Shown piece by piece: positions 9,013 through 18,436 of a DNA stretch of 64,000 bases. The DNA is taken from positions 89,759 through 153,758 of the forward strand of contig JANQOW010000066.1 in the NCBI GenBank assembly GCA_028285595.1, in the 5' to 3' direction. Every line of letters begins with the position of its first letter. Positions within the stretch are counted from its first letter, which is position 1. Position numbers and translations under genes: made by a program. The notes under the pieces were generated by a model. The model had not been told where the DNA came from. It saw only the letters and a list, made by a program, of their open reading frames with translations, and made no database searches. This DNA comes from Hyphomicrobiales bacterium. GTDB taxonomy: Bacteria > Pseudomonadota > Alphaproteobacteria > Rhizobiales > CAJQND01.

Positions 9013-11481
9013 ATGTGTAACGTGTGCATGAGAGCGTCTGCGGAGCTCTGGGTGGAGGACCCAATCGCCGATGACGCACTATCAACCAGCGCGACTCTTA
9101 ATCAAGAGATTAAAGTCGATACGTCGGGGCAAACCAATACTGATGTGGTAGGGGCCGATCAGGGCGCATTTGGTTGGATTGCAGATAGTGTAGGCACTTC
9201 TAATCTGACGTCAGTGGACGGCGATCAGGAGATCTGGTCGACAAGTGGGGAAGTTGACTACTCGCACGAAGTTGTGGCCAGCGACCCTAGTCAAGATTGG
9301 AGCGGTAATTCGTCAAACCGTGGCCAACAAACCGTTGAAGTCGGCGAACTCCAGATCATCCAGGAAAACTCAGGCGAATCGGCTGGAACCGAAACTTCCG
9401 GAACGACCGGGCAAGAGGGTCCGGGAACGCCACCGATCGCCCTTCTGGCGGGAACTGCAGAAGGTGGCGAGGCATCTGGCACGTCGCAGGGATTTAACCA
9501 GGACTTGGTTGATCAACTGGATAGCGGTAACTACTGGTTTGAAGGCGGTGGCGCGGTTGCCCAAACCATTACTTACGGTTTCACAACAAACAGCAGCTTT
9601 GCATCGGGATATGGCGAGCAAAGCGGCTGGTCGGCGTTCGTGGCCAGCCAGGAAACCCTCACCCGCGAGATTATGGGACTTTGGGATGACCTAATTGCAC
9701 CGGCTTTCGTTGAAGATACCAGTTCCCCGGATACGGCCGACATAAAATTCTCAAACACAACCACCAACAATGGTTTCGCAAAAGCCTACGGACCAGGCCA
9801 GGTCAACGTAGAGTTCTTTCAGTTCCATAAGATTGAAGGTTCAGTCTGGCTGAATCCCAACTATAGCAGCGGTATCAATAACCTGATTGATCCGACTGCG
9901 GGTGATTTTGGCTATCAGGTGATTGCGCATGAAATTGGTCACGCCTTGGGCTTGAACCACGGCGGCAACTATAATGGTGGCTCGCCAGTGTATGGCGACA
10001 CCAGCACAGGTTGGCAGTACGTTGAAGACTCTCGCCAATACACCATCATGTCATATTTCAACGCCTCAGCGACTGGCGCGGATTATGATGGCAACTACGC
10101 CCAGACTCCTATGGTCTATGACATCATGGCGCTTCAGCAGCTCTATGGGGCAGATTACACCACGCGTTCAGGGGATACGACCTACGGCTTCAACTCGACT
10201 GCCGGTCATTGGCTTTACGACTACACGCTGAACACCGCACCCATCATGACAATTTGGGATGGAGACGGAACAGATACAATCGATCTGTCCGGGTGGAGCA
10301 CAAGTTCCACTTTGTCGTTGGTGGCTGGATCCTACTCAAGCGTCAACAGCATGACCTACAACTTGGCGATCGCCTACGACGTAGACATTGAAAACGCCCT
10401 TGGCGGTTCAGGCGATGACACCCTCACCGGCAATGATTTGAACAATACCATCGCCGGTAACGGAGGAGATGACCAGATCGAGGGTCACGAGGGGAACGAC
10501 AACCTCTATGGAGGCTCTGGTGAGGATGTGCTGCTTGGGGGCATCGGAGAAGATGGTTTGTTCGGCGGCACTGACAACGACGAATTGACGGGCGGAGCAG
10601 GCAACGACAGTCTTAATGGCGAACAAGGGGACGACACGCTTAACGGCGACGCCGGCATGGACTGGCTTTATGGAGGCGATGGTTTGGACGTCCTGAATGG
10701 CGGATCAGAAACCGATGCGCTTTTCGGTGAGGCTGGCAATGATACCTTAAATGGCGGCGCCGGCGGTGACAGCCTTGATGGTGGATTCGGCGACGACATC
10801 TTGAACGGCGGTGAAGGTGTTGATTGGTTATTCGGCTCATTTGGAGCCGACCAACTCAACGGCGGCGGCGATACTGATGCTCTTTTTGGACAAGAAGGCA
10901 ATGACATCCTGAACGGCGGCAGCGGTGGCGATAGCGTGGACGGCGGAGCTGATGACGACCAGTTGTTTGGGAACGACGGGGTCGATTGGCTTTTTGGTCA
11001 GGCCGGCAATGACCACTTGGACGGCGGGAATGATGCAGATGTGTTGTTCGCAGGCGACGGCAACGACACCCTCTTAGGGGGTGGTGATGGCGATAGCTTA
11101 GATGGCGGTGATGGGAACGACAGTTTGGACGGCGGCGCGGGTGTCGACGTCCTTTGGGGCGGGTTGGGTGCAGATACATTTGTATTTGCTGACCCCTCTC
11201 ATGGTGGCGATGTGGTGCGCGATTTCATCAGCGGCACCGATACAATCAACATCAGTCAGACAGGGTTTGGACTGTCGGTAAACGGCGCTCTCGCAGCCGA
11301 TATGTTTGAAACCGGAAATGGTCTGCCGTCTGACTTCGCAGCTTCCGGACCGGTGTTCTACCTTGACACTACTGGCAATGGGCTTTGGTTTGATCCGACC
11401 GGCGGAACGTCGACGGACGTGACAATCGTTGCCGGATTTGAGACAGGAACTCCGGTATTGTCCGACATCTTCATCGTATAA
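9013..11481 (+). CDS. Serralysin-like M10 zinc metalloprotease with RTX repeats
   Basis: HEIGHALGLNH (HExxHxxGxxH), Met-turn TIMSY, DIMALQQLYG, TIWDGDGTDTIDLS, IENALGGSGDD, RTX repeats. Start ATG 9013 (or GTG 8998). Confidence 0.92.
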   Translation: MCNVCMRASAELWVEDPIADDALSTSATLNQEIKVDTSGQTNTDVVGADQGAFGWIADSVGTSNLTSVDGDQEIWSTSGEVDYSHEVVASDPSQDWSGNSSNRGQQTVEVGELQIIQENSGESAGTETSGTTGQEGPGTPPIALLAGTAEGGEASGTSQGFNQDLVDQLDSGNYWFEGGGAVAQTITYGFTTNSSFASGYGEQSGWSAFVASQETLTREIMGLWDDLIAPAFVEDTSSPDTADIKFSNTTTNNGFAKAYGPGQVNVEFFQFHKIEGSVWLNPNYSSGINNLIDPTAGDFGYQVIAHEIGHALGLNHGGNYNGGSPVYGDTSTGWQYVEDSRQYTIMSYFNASATGADYDGNYAQTPMVYDIMALQQLYGADYTTRSGDTTYGFNSTAGHWLYDYTLNTAPIMTIWDGDGTDTIDLSGWSTSSTLSLVAGSYSSVNSMTYNLAIAYDVDIENALGGSGDDTLTGNDLNNTIAGNGGDDQIEGHEGNDNLYGGSGEDVLLGGIGEDGLFGGTDNDELTGGAGNDSLNGEQGDDTLNGDAGMDWLYGGDGLDVLNGGSETDALFGEAGNDTLNGGAGGDSLDGGFGDDILNGGEGVDWLFGSFGADQLNGGGDTDALFGQEGNDILNGGSGGDSVDGGADDDQLFGNDGVDWLFGQAGNDHLDGGNDADVLFAGDGNDTLLGGGDGDSLDGGDGNDSLDGGAGVDVLWGGLGADTFVFADPSHGGDVVRDFISGTDTINISQTGFGLSVNGALAADMFETGNGLPSDFAASGPVFYLDTTGNGLWFDPTGGTSTDVTIVAGFETGTPVLSDIFIV
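10657..11481 (+). repeat. RTX super-repeat plus C-terminal cassette, copy 2
   Basis: Collinear with 7802-8626: GGLGAD.FVF, GGDVVRDF.SG.DTI, SGPVFYL, GLWFDPTGG, IVAGFETG. Confidence 0.9.
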
Positions 11482-11730
11482 ACGGTCGTGATTGACTTTG
11501 TGATCCACGCACCCGGTCGATCTTGTTTGGCCCGTCTCGGGTCAACTCGGACTAAGTTATCAGTATCCGCTTTCAATCAGGCTGCACTCGCGCGAAGGAA
11601 CCTGATATAGCAGGAGGCATCATCATGGCTGAGGGTGGCGGATGCGTTGGAAATTTTATCAGAGAACCGTTTCCCTCATAGTCTTTGGGCTCGCTGATCG
11701 CGGTGCGCCTAACCTCCACTGGAGCCTGTT

Positions 11731-12882
11731 ATGACGTTTCGGGTTCTCTCCGTGATTGGGACCCGGCCAGAAGCCATAAAGATGGCTCCTGTTGTGAAGG
11801 CACTCGAGAACTCGGACAGATTCAAGTCGCTTGTCTGCACCAGCGGACAACATCGAGAGATGCTCACTCAGGTTCTTGACCTGTTTCACATAAAGCCGGA
11901 CGTCGATCTGGCAGTCATGAAGCACGCGCAGGATCTCGCACACATTACATCTTCCGTTTTGACAGGCACCGGAAAAGCCTTGAGGGAATTGAAACCCGAT
12001 TTGGTCCTCGTTCAAGGTGATACGACAACAGCTTTTGCGGCAGGTTTGTCTTCTTTCTACGAGAACATCCCCGTCGGTCATGTGGAAGCGGGCCTTCGAA
12101 CGTTCAATCTGAATGCGCCATGGCCGGAAGAGCTAAACAGAAAAATGATCGGCACGTTTGCCCGCTTGCACTTCGCGCCAACCCAGAGGGCCGCTCAGAA
12201 CTTGAAAGCAGAAGGCGTTCCAGCCGAGGCTATACACATCACCGGAAACACAGTCATCGATGCGTTGCTGCGCACGAGCGAACGGTTGAAGAATGATGAG
12301 GCGCTGGCAAAAGAGATAGAAGCAGAGCTGCCCTCGCTCGATGGTCAGCGGAGAATGATCTTGGTCACGGGTCACCGCCGTGAAAACTTTGGCCCAGGAT
12401 TCAAAAATGTTTGCGAAGCTTTGCTTCAACTGGCCGACCGGGGGGACGTCCAGATTGTTTATCCAGTTCACCTTAATCCCAGAGTGCGGGGACCTGTCTT
12501 TGAGATTCTCGGCGGGCACAAAAACATACTACTCATTGAACCCTTGGGCTATTTGCCGTTCGTGAGCTTGATGAATCGGAGCCATTTCATCATTTCTGAC
12601 TCTGGCGGCATCCAAGAAGAAGCGCCGTCACTCGGGAAACCTGTTCTGGTGACGCGTCGTGTTACCGAACGCCCCGAAGCCGTAGATGCAGGTACAGTTC
12701 ATTTGGTCGGGACAAATTCGGCCACCTTGATCTCATGGGCGAATCGACTACTCGATGATCCAAAACTCTACGAATCAATGCGCTTTGCACACAATCCGTA
12801 CGGTGATGGACAGTCGTCGGGCAGGATCATCGACATCTTATCCTCGTACTTATCGCTACATAAGCGAGAAACGCGAGATTAA
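11731..12882 (+). CDS. wecB: UDP-N-acetylglucosamine 2-epimerase (non-hydrolysing)
   Basis: GTRPEAIKMAP, GQHREML, VQGDTTT, HVEAGLRT, HRRENFG, DSGGIQEEAPSLGKP, NPYGDG. Confidence 0.96.
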   Translation: MTFRVLSVIGTRPEAIKMAPVVKALENSDRFKSLVCTSGQHREMLTQVLDLFHIKPDVDLAVMKHAQDLAHITSSVLTGTGKALRELKPDLVLVQGDTTTAFAAGLSSFYENIPVGHVEAGLRTFNLNAPWPEELNRKMIGTFARLHFAPTQRAAQNLKAEGVPAEAIHITGNTVIDALLRTSERLKNDEALAKEIEAELPSLDGQRRMILVTGHRRENFGPGFKNVCEALLQLADRGDVQIVYPVHLNPRVRGPVFEILGGHKNILLIEPLGYLPFVSLMNRSHFIISDSGGIQEEAPSLGKPVLVTRRVTERPEAVDAGTVHLVGTNSATLISWANRLLDDPKLYESMRFAHNPYGDGQSSGRIIDILSSYLSLHKRETRD

Positions 12883-13309
12883 CTCGCGCGAAAAAATCTG
12901 ACGATCTAACAAGACCAAGCTCTCACGAGCCCGGCTTCTTCTCAACTTCTAGAACGTAAATTAATTTCCGTTATATAACAATAGGATAAAGGAATTAGTT
13001 CGAGCAAGAGCTTACACTCTGCCTTAGCCGATCGTCATTGATCACAACGAACACAAGATCTGAGATCATCAAAATTTTGGCTCGGATCGCCCATTGGTTG
13101 TACCAAGAATTTGCTCGCCAATTGCATGGAACCCAAGAATATCAGTTCGGTTCTGCAAAGCTGAAAAAATAAATTGACATCAGAGAACGGAGATCGTTAC
13201 TGGGTTGAACACGCATTAACCCTGATCCGAACGAATGTGCCCGGTATACCAATTCTTAAAGGTCCGCACGCAGTCTGCTAAGATTCTCGATTTGGGAGGG
13301 GTTAGGGCA

Positions 13310-14110
13310 TTGCGAACGATACTAACAGCAGCGTTTATCACTGTTCTGGCAGTGTCTCCTGGGGCTGCTGGAGAAACAGAGGTCGTGAAAACCAATATCA
13401 CGGTTCAATCCGGTGGATTGAGCGTGAGCAACGGGAATAGCGATCGGTTTTTCAGCAGTGCACACTTGGACTTTCTGACCCCCTCGGGACTGGGAATTCA
13501 CACTGAAGTTTCAGGCCATGTACGCGAGGAAGACGCAGCTTTTGTGTCCGGGGGCGTTTCTTACGCGTTAACCCCCATGATCCGACCAAAGGTCGTGGTT
13601 GGATCGAGCACCAGAAACAACCAGATCCTGCCGAGCTTTTTCACCCGTGGAGAAGTGCAATTTGATTTGGGACCCACTGCCGGTCTTCTGTTTACCCCTG
13701 AAATCAATTATCGCAAGTATCGGGTGGGGACTGAAGAGATCTCTGCCGGCGGCACGATTACAAAGTACTTCCCGCCGCTCAACGACGGGTCCTATTTGGT
13801 GGGATCTGTGCGCGGATCTGTGACTGACGTGTCGCCTGGGAACAACACCGGTTGGGAGGTGGGTGGATCGCTCATCTATGTGGCACCACAGTTCTACTCC
13901 TTCGGCGCAGAGGTTTTTGGGGGATTGATGGCCTACGATAGTGTGCTGTCGGTCGGCACCGCGGCGGTGCGCAACGAGTTCGTGGGCGTACGTCCGTTAG
14001 CAAGTACGTATGCCTCTGAGAATATCGAGCTCTTTTTGCGAGGTGAGTATGTGTCAACCGAGGCATATGACATTGCCGGCGGTTCTGCGGGTGTAAAAAT
14101 CGCCTTCTAG
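13310..14110 (+). CDS. YaiO-like outer-membrane beta-barrel protein
   Basis: Signal peptide from TTG 13310 (GGAGG upstream), alternating amphipathic beta-strands, C-terminal Phe (VKIAF); lies between wecB and a GT2. Confidence 0.65.
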   Translation: MRTILTAAFITVLAVSPGAAGETEVVKTNITVQSGGLSVSNGNSDRFFSSAHLDFLTPSGLGIHTEVSGHVREEDAAFVSGGVSYALTPMIRPKVVVGSSTRNNQILPSFFTRGEVQFDLGPTAGLLFTPEINYRKYRVGTEEISAGGTITKYFPPLNDGSYLVGSVRGSVTDVSPGNNTGWEVGGSLIYVAPQFYSFGAEVFGGLMAYDSVLSVGTAAVRNEFVGVRPLASTYASENIELFLRGEYVSTEAYDIAGGSAGVKIAF

Positions 14111-14138
14111 CTCCCCATTCTGAGGCACAGCGATCCAA

Positions 14139-15407
14139 ATGACGGAATTCATCACTACTGGTTTTGCAGTGGTGTTTTTGAGCATATTTGCCTCTACGGC
14201 CCTCCTAACGATCATCTTTCTCATCAGGCAACTGACTTTCTCTATCTTCATACACTACACGAAACAACGGTCTCCCTATCGCCGGTTCGACCTAAATCGT
14301 TGGCCGACCGTCACTGTGTTGGTACCAGCGCATAACGAGGAGAAAGTTATCGAAGGCTGCCTCTCAGCCATGTCGAAACTCGACTACCCCACCCACGCTC
14401 TGACTGTTCTTGTGATCAATGACCGATCAACAGACAGGACCCAAGAAATCGTTGAACGGTGGATGTCGGCAACGCCTCAACTGAAGCTCTACAACCGGCC
14501 AGACGATGCAAAGCCTGGCAAACCGTCAGCAATCAAAGACGTGATCGGCAGCGTCTCATCAGAAGTCGTGGTTTTCTTTGACGCCGACTATCTTCCAGAC
14601 CCATTGGTTCTGAAACAACTCGTTACACCATTAGTCGATCCACAGATTGGAGCCACTATGGGACGCGTTGTGCCTTACAACACCAATACCAATCTCTTGA
14701 CGAAGCTAATCGATCTGGAGCGGCGCGGCGGTTATGTTGTGGATCAGCAAGCTCGCAGCCTCCTGAACCTACTCCCTCAGTTTGGCGGCACTTTAGGCGC
14801 CGTTCGAATGGAGGCGCTCAATAGCGTAGGCGGGTGGCGTGAAGATCTACTCGCAGAGGATACCGATTTAACCTACCGCCTGTTCTTGAGCGGATGGACG
14901 GTGGAATATCTAAATCATGCCACTTGTTATGAAGAGTCACCAGAACAATGGCCTACGCGCTTCAAACAGGTGCGGAGGTGGGCTTATGGTCATAATGAGT
15001 GCCTCTTTCGATATCTCGGACCAGTTTTAAAAAGCAAGCGGCACTCGCTTATTCAGCGGGTTGATGCCGCGGTTGTTTTGTTGTTCTATCTCTTCCCTAG
15101 CCTATCCTTTGTATGCCTCTGCGCTGCATTCTTTTATCCCGTGTTCTATGATTACCCCCCGTTCAATATGACTCTGTTCCCGGCAATTTCGTTCATGATA
15201 GGATTTGGAAATCTAGCGCCTTACTTTCAAATTCTCATTGCTTTGGAAAAAGACCGTCAACCAGGGGCTGTTAACCTGCTGCCACTGCTCTTTGTGACGT
15301 CGACAATCAGCATGTTGGCCGCGATGTCGGCACTTACTTTAAACATAAGACACGTTATCGGTGGGGACCAACTTGGCTGGGACAAAACAATCAGGTTCCG
15401 GATCTGA
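14139..15407 (+). CDS. Processive membrane GT2 (cellulose-synthase/IcaA-like polysaccharide synthase)
   Basis: VPAHNEE, FDADY (DxD), AEDTDL, QVRRW (QxxRW); N- and C-terminal TM helices. Confidence 0.9.
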   Translation: MTEFITTGFAVVFLSIFASTALLTIIFLIRQLTFSIFIHYTKQRSPYRRFDLNRWPTVTVLVPAHNEEKVIEGCLSAMSKLDYPTHALTVLVINDRSTDRTQEIVERWMSATPQLKLYNRPDDAKPGKPSAIKDVIGSVSSEVVVFFDADYLPDPLVLKQLVTPLVDPQIGATMGRVVPYNTNTNLLTKLIDLERRGGYVVDQQARSLLNLLPQFGGTLGAVRMEALNSVGGWREDLLAEDTDLTYRLFLSGWTVEYLNHATCYEESPEQWPTRFKQVRRWAYGHNECLFRYLGPVLKSKRHSLIQRVDAAVVLLFYLFPSLSFVCLCAAFFYPVFYDYPPFNMTLFPAISFMIGFGNLAPYFQILIALEKDRQPGAVNLLPLLFVTSTISMLAAMSALTLNIRHVIGGDQLGWDKTIRFRI

Positions 15408-15409
15408 CA

Positions 15410-16426
15410 ATGCTCTTCATTTTTTTACAATTAGGGATCTTGGTGACCTTTTTTGGATCAATCATTTTGATCCACCTAATCTATTTTAAGACGGTTTTTT
15501 CAGCTGATACCCGGCTTAGGCTTTCCAGCCAATCGCAGCGCTGGAACGCAATCGACTTTCATCTGCTAATGTTCCAATCGGTTGAAGCTTCGTTACCGAA
15601 AGAAAAGGCGACGAACCGGCAATTCATGACCTTGCAGATGACACAGTTTGACATGGGTTTCGGCAGCCAACCCCTCGCCGTCCCATCGGGTGACATAAAC
15701 TATCACACAGCCAATGCCGTGCCTGATTTCTCGATTGCGTCCGCGCACGATGTGGCATTCGCGGGACAAAGCCGGTTCCCATACGTCTTCGCAAACGACG
15801 TTCGGATCACGCATCCTGACTCCATTACGGGACAGTATCTCGTTGCTCGGCAGAACATGTACCTGCGTTCAGAGAGCTTAGAGATAGATGCCCTGCTGGC
15901 GGGCGGCGATATTGAGGTAGATTGCGTGAGGTTTGCCACCAATCGAATTGCCGGAAGCTCATTCAGCATAAACGCAGAAACCATGCCGATGATCGGCCGC
16001 AAGGCATTTGAACTTGATCGGTCGCCCAACGCCGCCCGGAAATCAAAGTTTCTGATCACCGCGACATCATGGACGGGCGACAATGTAGTCCAGGATCACA
16101 TTGTCTGCACGAAAGACCTAAGCGTCGATGGGATCTGGATTTTCTTCGGCGATGTGAAGATCTATGGTGATCTGCAACTGAATGGCCCAACGATATTTTT
16201 GGGCACCGTCATTGTGAATGGTGATCTCCACGCTTTAGCAGACTGCGTGTTCATGTCGAACGTCGTGGTGAAAAAGCACTTTTTATGTGAGGGTGATGTC
16301 ATCGCTGGTCAGCCTCTCTCGCATCCGGTGAGCGTCGTTGCGAGAGATTTAACACTCACCAACTCTGTTGTCGGCAACGGTTTACTCTCATGCAGCAAGC
16401 GCATGGGGATCAGCTATGAGATCTAG
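15410..16426 (+). CDS. Membrane-anchored hypothetical protein with bactofilin-like/beta-helix C-terminal repeats
   Basis: N-terminal TM; repeated GDVKIYGDL, GTVIVNGDL, SNVVVK, EGDVIAG strands; 2 nt after the GT2 stop. Confidence 0.55.
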   Translation: MLFIFLQLGILVTFFGSIILIHLIYFKTVFSADTRLRLSSQSQRWNAIDFHLLMFQSVEASLPKEKATNRQFMTLQMTQFDMGFGSQPLAVPSGDINYHTANAVPDFSIASAHDVAFAGQSRFPYVFANDVRITHPDSITGQYLVARQNMYLRSESLEIDALLAGGDIEVDCVRFATNRIAGSSFSINAETMPMIGRKAFELDRSPNAARKSKFLITATSWTGDNVVQDHIVCTKDLSVDGIWIFFGDVKIYGDLQLNGPTIFLGTVIVNGDLHALADCVFMSNVVVKKHFLCEGDVIAGQPLSHPVSVVARDLTLTNSVVGNGLLSCSKRMGISYEI

Positions 16427-17045
16427 GTCTCTGTTGTACATTTCCAAGGTTGCGTCTCTCATTCTTCTGCTTTCTTTTACGGTTGCGTCCAATCTAATTT
16501 TTGCTTTTTTTCTCGAATGGACACAGTTCAGCACGTGCACCGGATATATTTTCAATTTCTTCTGTGAGTTTAATATTAAATATCAGTTTGATAGTTTTTT
16601 GTATTTTTTTGTAATATTATTTTTTGTAATTTCATTTTTTATAGCGGACCACATCTTCAAAGAGAGGAGCTTCTACCCGTTTATCAAAATGATAGTTTTA
16701 ATAATAATAATTTTGCTGATTTTTGACTTAATATTCAAACTACCTGTAAAAAATTTAGATAAACTCTACAGCAGTTCGTACAACGTCATCGACTTCATGA
16801 TAATACTGAATTTTAGTATCTTTATTATCCTAAATTTATCATCCATGGTAACGCTTTTAGCGGCTATGATAATTTCATTTTTTGTCAAATTTTTTTCGTT
16901 TTTCACGCTCTACATAATACTATCATTTATAGATGGGACACTTGGAACTTTTTTTATTTTCTTCACGTTTTCATTCGGTGCACTCACACCACATCTAATG
17001 TCACTGTGCATGGCGTTTCGATCACGCGGCGAACAACGAGTTTAG
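16416..17045 (+). CDS. AT-rich polytopic membrane protein, unknown function
   Basis: ATG 16416 overlaps the previous stop; about 6 Phe/Ile-rich hydrophobic segments. Confidence 0.6.
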   Translation: MRSRSLLYISKVASLILLLSFTVASNLIFAFFLEWTQFSTCTGYIFNFFCEFNIKYQFDSFLYFFVILFFVISFFIADHIFKERSFYPFIKMIVLIIIILLIFDLIFKLPVKNLDKLYSSSYNVIDFMIILNFSIFIILNLSSMVTLLAAMIISFFVKFFSFFTLYIILSFIDGTLGTFFIFFTFSFGALTPHLMSLCMAFRSRGEQRV

Positions 17046-17243
17046 ATTGCAAACCCTCTCACTTCAGGAGCCGAACCACATCTAAGTGTTTGTTTGGCCC
17101 GCTCCTCGACAACACGCAAAAGCAAACAGCTCGAGAAGTGAAGTGGATTGTTGCAAAAGAGATTTGCAGGTCCGATTGATTTTGACGAAAGACCTAATCA
17201 AGCAGCTAAAGAGCCGCCTGAAATAGAATGTTGCGCGAACAGA

Positions 17244-17993
17244 TTAACGGGCAGCAGCCTTGCGTCTCCTGCGCCAACCCAGGAACCCCATCAAACCAAG
17301 ACCACCTGCCAGTAACGGCAGTGCCGCAGGCACTGGCACAGGCGTTAGGTCGAGTCTTACGCGCCTGCCGGCTTCTAAGTCCAAACTTATGCTTGTTGAA
17401 CCAAAGGAACTGACGGCCCATTGATTGATCCCAATTGGCGCGGTCAGGAATTGACCGAACATTGCCCAGCCATCACCATCTAAACTGCCCAGTGCGTAGC
17501 CGTCGGTGCAACATCCAAGCCAATTTTTGGTGCTATTAAACTGCGTTCCCCCACCGCTTACGCTCACCAATTCACTTGGATCGTCTGCTAGAACCTGTGC
17601 GGCCGTGTCACCCGTAAGGTTCCACTGCATACTAGTTGAGCCGCCGGATCCATCATTGGGGTTGTCGTGTACAACCACTAATGACAACCCATCCGAAGCA
17701 TCGAGCAAAAATATCTGCGACAATTGAGAGATAGGGCTAGGGCCGCCATTCTCGTCCCCGTTGTAACTAAACACATCTGGCGTGTCGTACTGATAAAACG
17801 CAGCGGTCGATAGGGACGTTGAAAAAGGATTCACAAAGCCCAAAACGTTGGCGTCAAAGTCACCAGAACCGGAAGAACTCTCTTGGGAGACCCGGAAAAC
17901 GGCCGCTTGAGCGGCATCATGAAAAGGTAAATAGGCACAAATGGAAAAAAACGACGCCACAACAACGCGGAACGTACGATTCAAGGTACTCAT
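17244..17993 (-). CDS. Secreted surface protein with a VPLPA-CTERM (PEP-CTERM-like) exosortase sorting signal
   Basis: N-terminal signal (AQA); C-terminal PVPVPAALPLLAGGLGLMGFLGWRRRRK = motif + TM + basic tail; GGAGG RBS. Confidence 0.88.
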   Translation of the reverse strand: MSTLNRTFRVVVASFFSICAYLPFHDAAQAAVFRVSQESSSGSGDFDANVLGFVNPFSTSLSTAAFYQYDTPDVFSYNGDENGGPSPISQLSQIFLLDASDGLSLVVVHDNPNDGSGGSTSMQWNLTGDTAAQVLADDPSELVSVSGGGTQFNSTKNWLGCCTDGYALGSLDGDGWAMFGQFLTAPIGINQWAVSSFGSTSISLDLEAGRRVRLDLTPVPVPAALPLLAGGLGLMGFLGWRRRRKAAAR

Positions 17994-18436
17994 AACAACG
18001 CCTCCACCAGTTCCAATAACTAAATTAGAATAAACAACGCCAGATTTCAGGTGTCAATAGTGATAGCCTCTCAAGCGCTACTTTGGCAGGGTAGCTCCAC
18101 AAAAATAGGTGCAAGCTCGATCCTCCAAACAATGAATTATCAAAGTAGTAAAAAATGTGCGCCTGACTGGCAAATTTTTTCAATTTTCTTGCATATTCAT
18201 ATACGATGCTATCAAATCCTGGCAGAATAATTGATAATCGAAACGAGTAGGACAATCTCACACGATGTAAAAATCTCGCGTCGTATTAAAAAATTAAATT
18301 TATTCTATTATATTGAGTAACACGAATATGCCTGTACTCTAACAGATGTTAAAAATTATCAGATTGAGCTGCCACGGAGATATCATACGAAATGTAGATT
18401 ATCGTTTGGCAGTTACCAAGCTAATCTGCGCAAACG

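Noticed and set aside
7650-11160. Repetitive GGCGGC/GACGAC DNA as a possible CRISPR or tandem DNA repeat
   Set aside because: Degenerate codon-level repeats of RTX nonapeptides; no identical repeats with unique spacers and no cas genes.
13174-13202. Sigma-70 promoter (TTGACA) upstream of the YaiO-like gene
   Set aside because: Perfect -35 with an A-tract but no convincing -10 at 16-18 nt; not supportable without TSS data.
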